From a virus (Duplodnaviria; Heunggongvirae; Uroviricota; Caudoviricetes): 6,926 nucleotides of DNA. Positions 6,071 to 6,926 of the stretch are shown piece after piece (position 1 is the stretch's first letter; each line of letters opens with the position of its first letter). The notes beneath the pieces were generated by a model. The model did no database searches. It saw only the letters and a program-made list of their open reading frames with translations, and was not told where the DNA came from. The DNA lies in IMG/VR virus record IMGVR_UViG_2648501390_000002, positions 1 to 6,926 of that record; one strand, written 5' to 3'. Both the position numbers and the translations under genes were made by a program.

Positions 6071-6926
6071 ATGACTGAAAAGAAAAGTGGCGAAGGGAAA
6101 GCTAAGGGCGGTATCGCTCGCGCAAAGTCGCTGACTAAAGAGCAGCGTTCTGAAATAGCAAAGAAAGCAGCGGCTGCAAGATGGAAGGATAAACCATTAA
6201 TTGCTACGCATAAGGGATCGTTCCAGCATGAATTCGGGATTGATGTTGAGTGCTATGTGTTAAATGATGATAACAAAACTGCCGTTATTAGCCAGAGAGG
6301 CATGGGAGAAGCGATTGGTCTTGGCGAAGGTGGCAGCAGGTTGCCAAAGTTTATTCAGGGGAAAACTATTTCTCAGTATATCGGGCATGAATTAAGGGCA
6401 AAACTTGAAAATCCTCTTATTTTTCAATACAAACAGGCGGGCACGAACACTCCAGCTAATCCTGTAATACATGGCTACGATGTAACAATATTAATTGATT
6501 TATGTCGAGCAATCTCTAATGCTAAAGCTGAAGGTAAGTTGCTTTCCAGTCAGGAAGGGATTGCTAAGCAAGCCAGAATCATTATTGATGCATCAGCCAA
6601 GGCGGGCATTCAGGGGCTTGTTTATGCTTTGGCAGGGTATGACAGAACAAAAGAAGAGGTAATTCAAGCATATAAGCGATATGTTGCTGAAGAGGCTCGT
6701 GAGTATGAAAGAGAGTTCACCCCTGAACTTTATGAGCATTGGTATCGTCTGTATGGTATAGACAAACCAGTTAGAGGGCGACCATGGGCGTTTAAATATC
6801 TTACGATAGATCACATTTATTACCCATTAGCCAGAAGTGAAGGAAAGGTATTTAATTTAGCAAAAACGTCAAAAGAAGAAAAAGGCAGCAAAAACGATAA
6901 AATACACCAGTTTTTATCAGAGGTTG
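6071..6926 (+). CDS. 5' part of a gene for a phage regulatory-type protein (P63C-domain / antirepressor-like family; 3' end outside window)
   Basis: Frame 2 is open from ATG 6071 to the window end (285 codons). It is missing from the ORF track, presumably because it has no stop in the window. The N-terminus MTEKKSGEGKAKGGIARAKSLTKEQRSEIAKKAAAARWKDK carries the basic motif GGxARAxxLTxEQRxEIAxKAAxARW, which I associate from memory with P63C-domain proteins that accompany Bro-N/KilA-N/Ant-type antirepressor domains. It is preceded by the operator/promoter region. Confidence 0.7.
   Translation, partial: MTEKKSGEGKAKGGIARAKSLTKEQRSEIAKKAAAARWKDKPLIATHKGSFQHEFGIDVECYVLNDDNKTAVISQRGMGEAIGLGEGGSRLPKFIQGKTISQYIGHELRAKLENPLIFQYKQAGTNTPANPVIHGYDVTILIDLCRAISNAKAEGKLLSSQEGIAKQARIIIDASAKAGIQGLVYALAGYDRTKEEVIQAYKRYVAEEAREYEREFTPELYEHWYRLYGIDKPVRGRPWAFKYLTIDHIYYPLARSEGKVFNLAKTSKEEKGSKNDKIHQFLSEV

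Noticed and set aside
1-6926. CRISPR arrays, tRNA/rRNA genes, IS elements or integrase/att sites
   Set aside because: No regularly spaced direct repeats with spacers, no cloverleaf-compatible segments, no terminal inverted repeats flanking a transposase-like ORF, and no integrase-like ORF were seen; the only repeats are the intragenic tandem repeats and the operator motifs.

Overview
This window reads as the distal end of the late (virion) operon of a P22-like podovirus or prophage, followed by an AT-rich accessory region. On the + strand the genes are tightly packed and translationally coupled: the 3' end of an upstream gene (1-129), a tail-needle gene (122-1075) whose N-terminus matches my recollection of P22 gp26, and four genes whose order and sizes (151, 231, 447, 707 aa) match the P22 gene 14 / 7 / 20 / 16 ejection-protein cassette. 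Gene 16 ends in a convergent stop-codon overlap with a small two-TM membrane protein gene on the - strand (5687-5914). Beyond it lies a divergent control region (5979-6070) with four copies of a near-palindromic AATGCAAGCATT motif around a sigma70-like promoter, then a rightward gene (6071 to window end) for a P63C/antirepressor-like protein. This layout parallels the sieA/immI hotspot that follows gene 16 in P22, and it is the most plausible place for an undescribed superinfection-exclusion or defence module; the small membrane protein is the best candidate. All homology statements are from reading the translations and from memory, with no searches run. No rRNA, tRNA, CRISPR or transposon signatures were seen.
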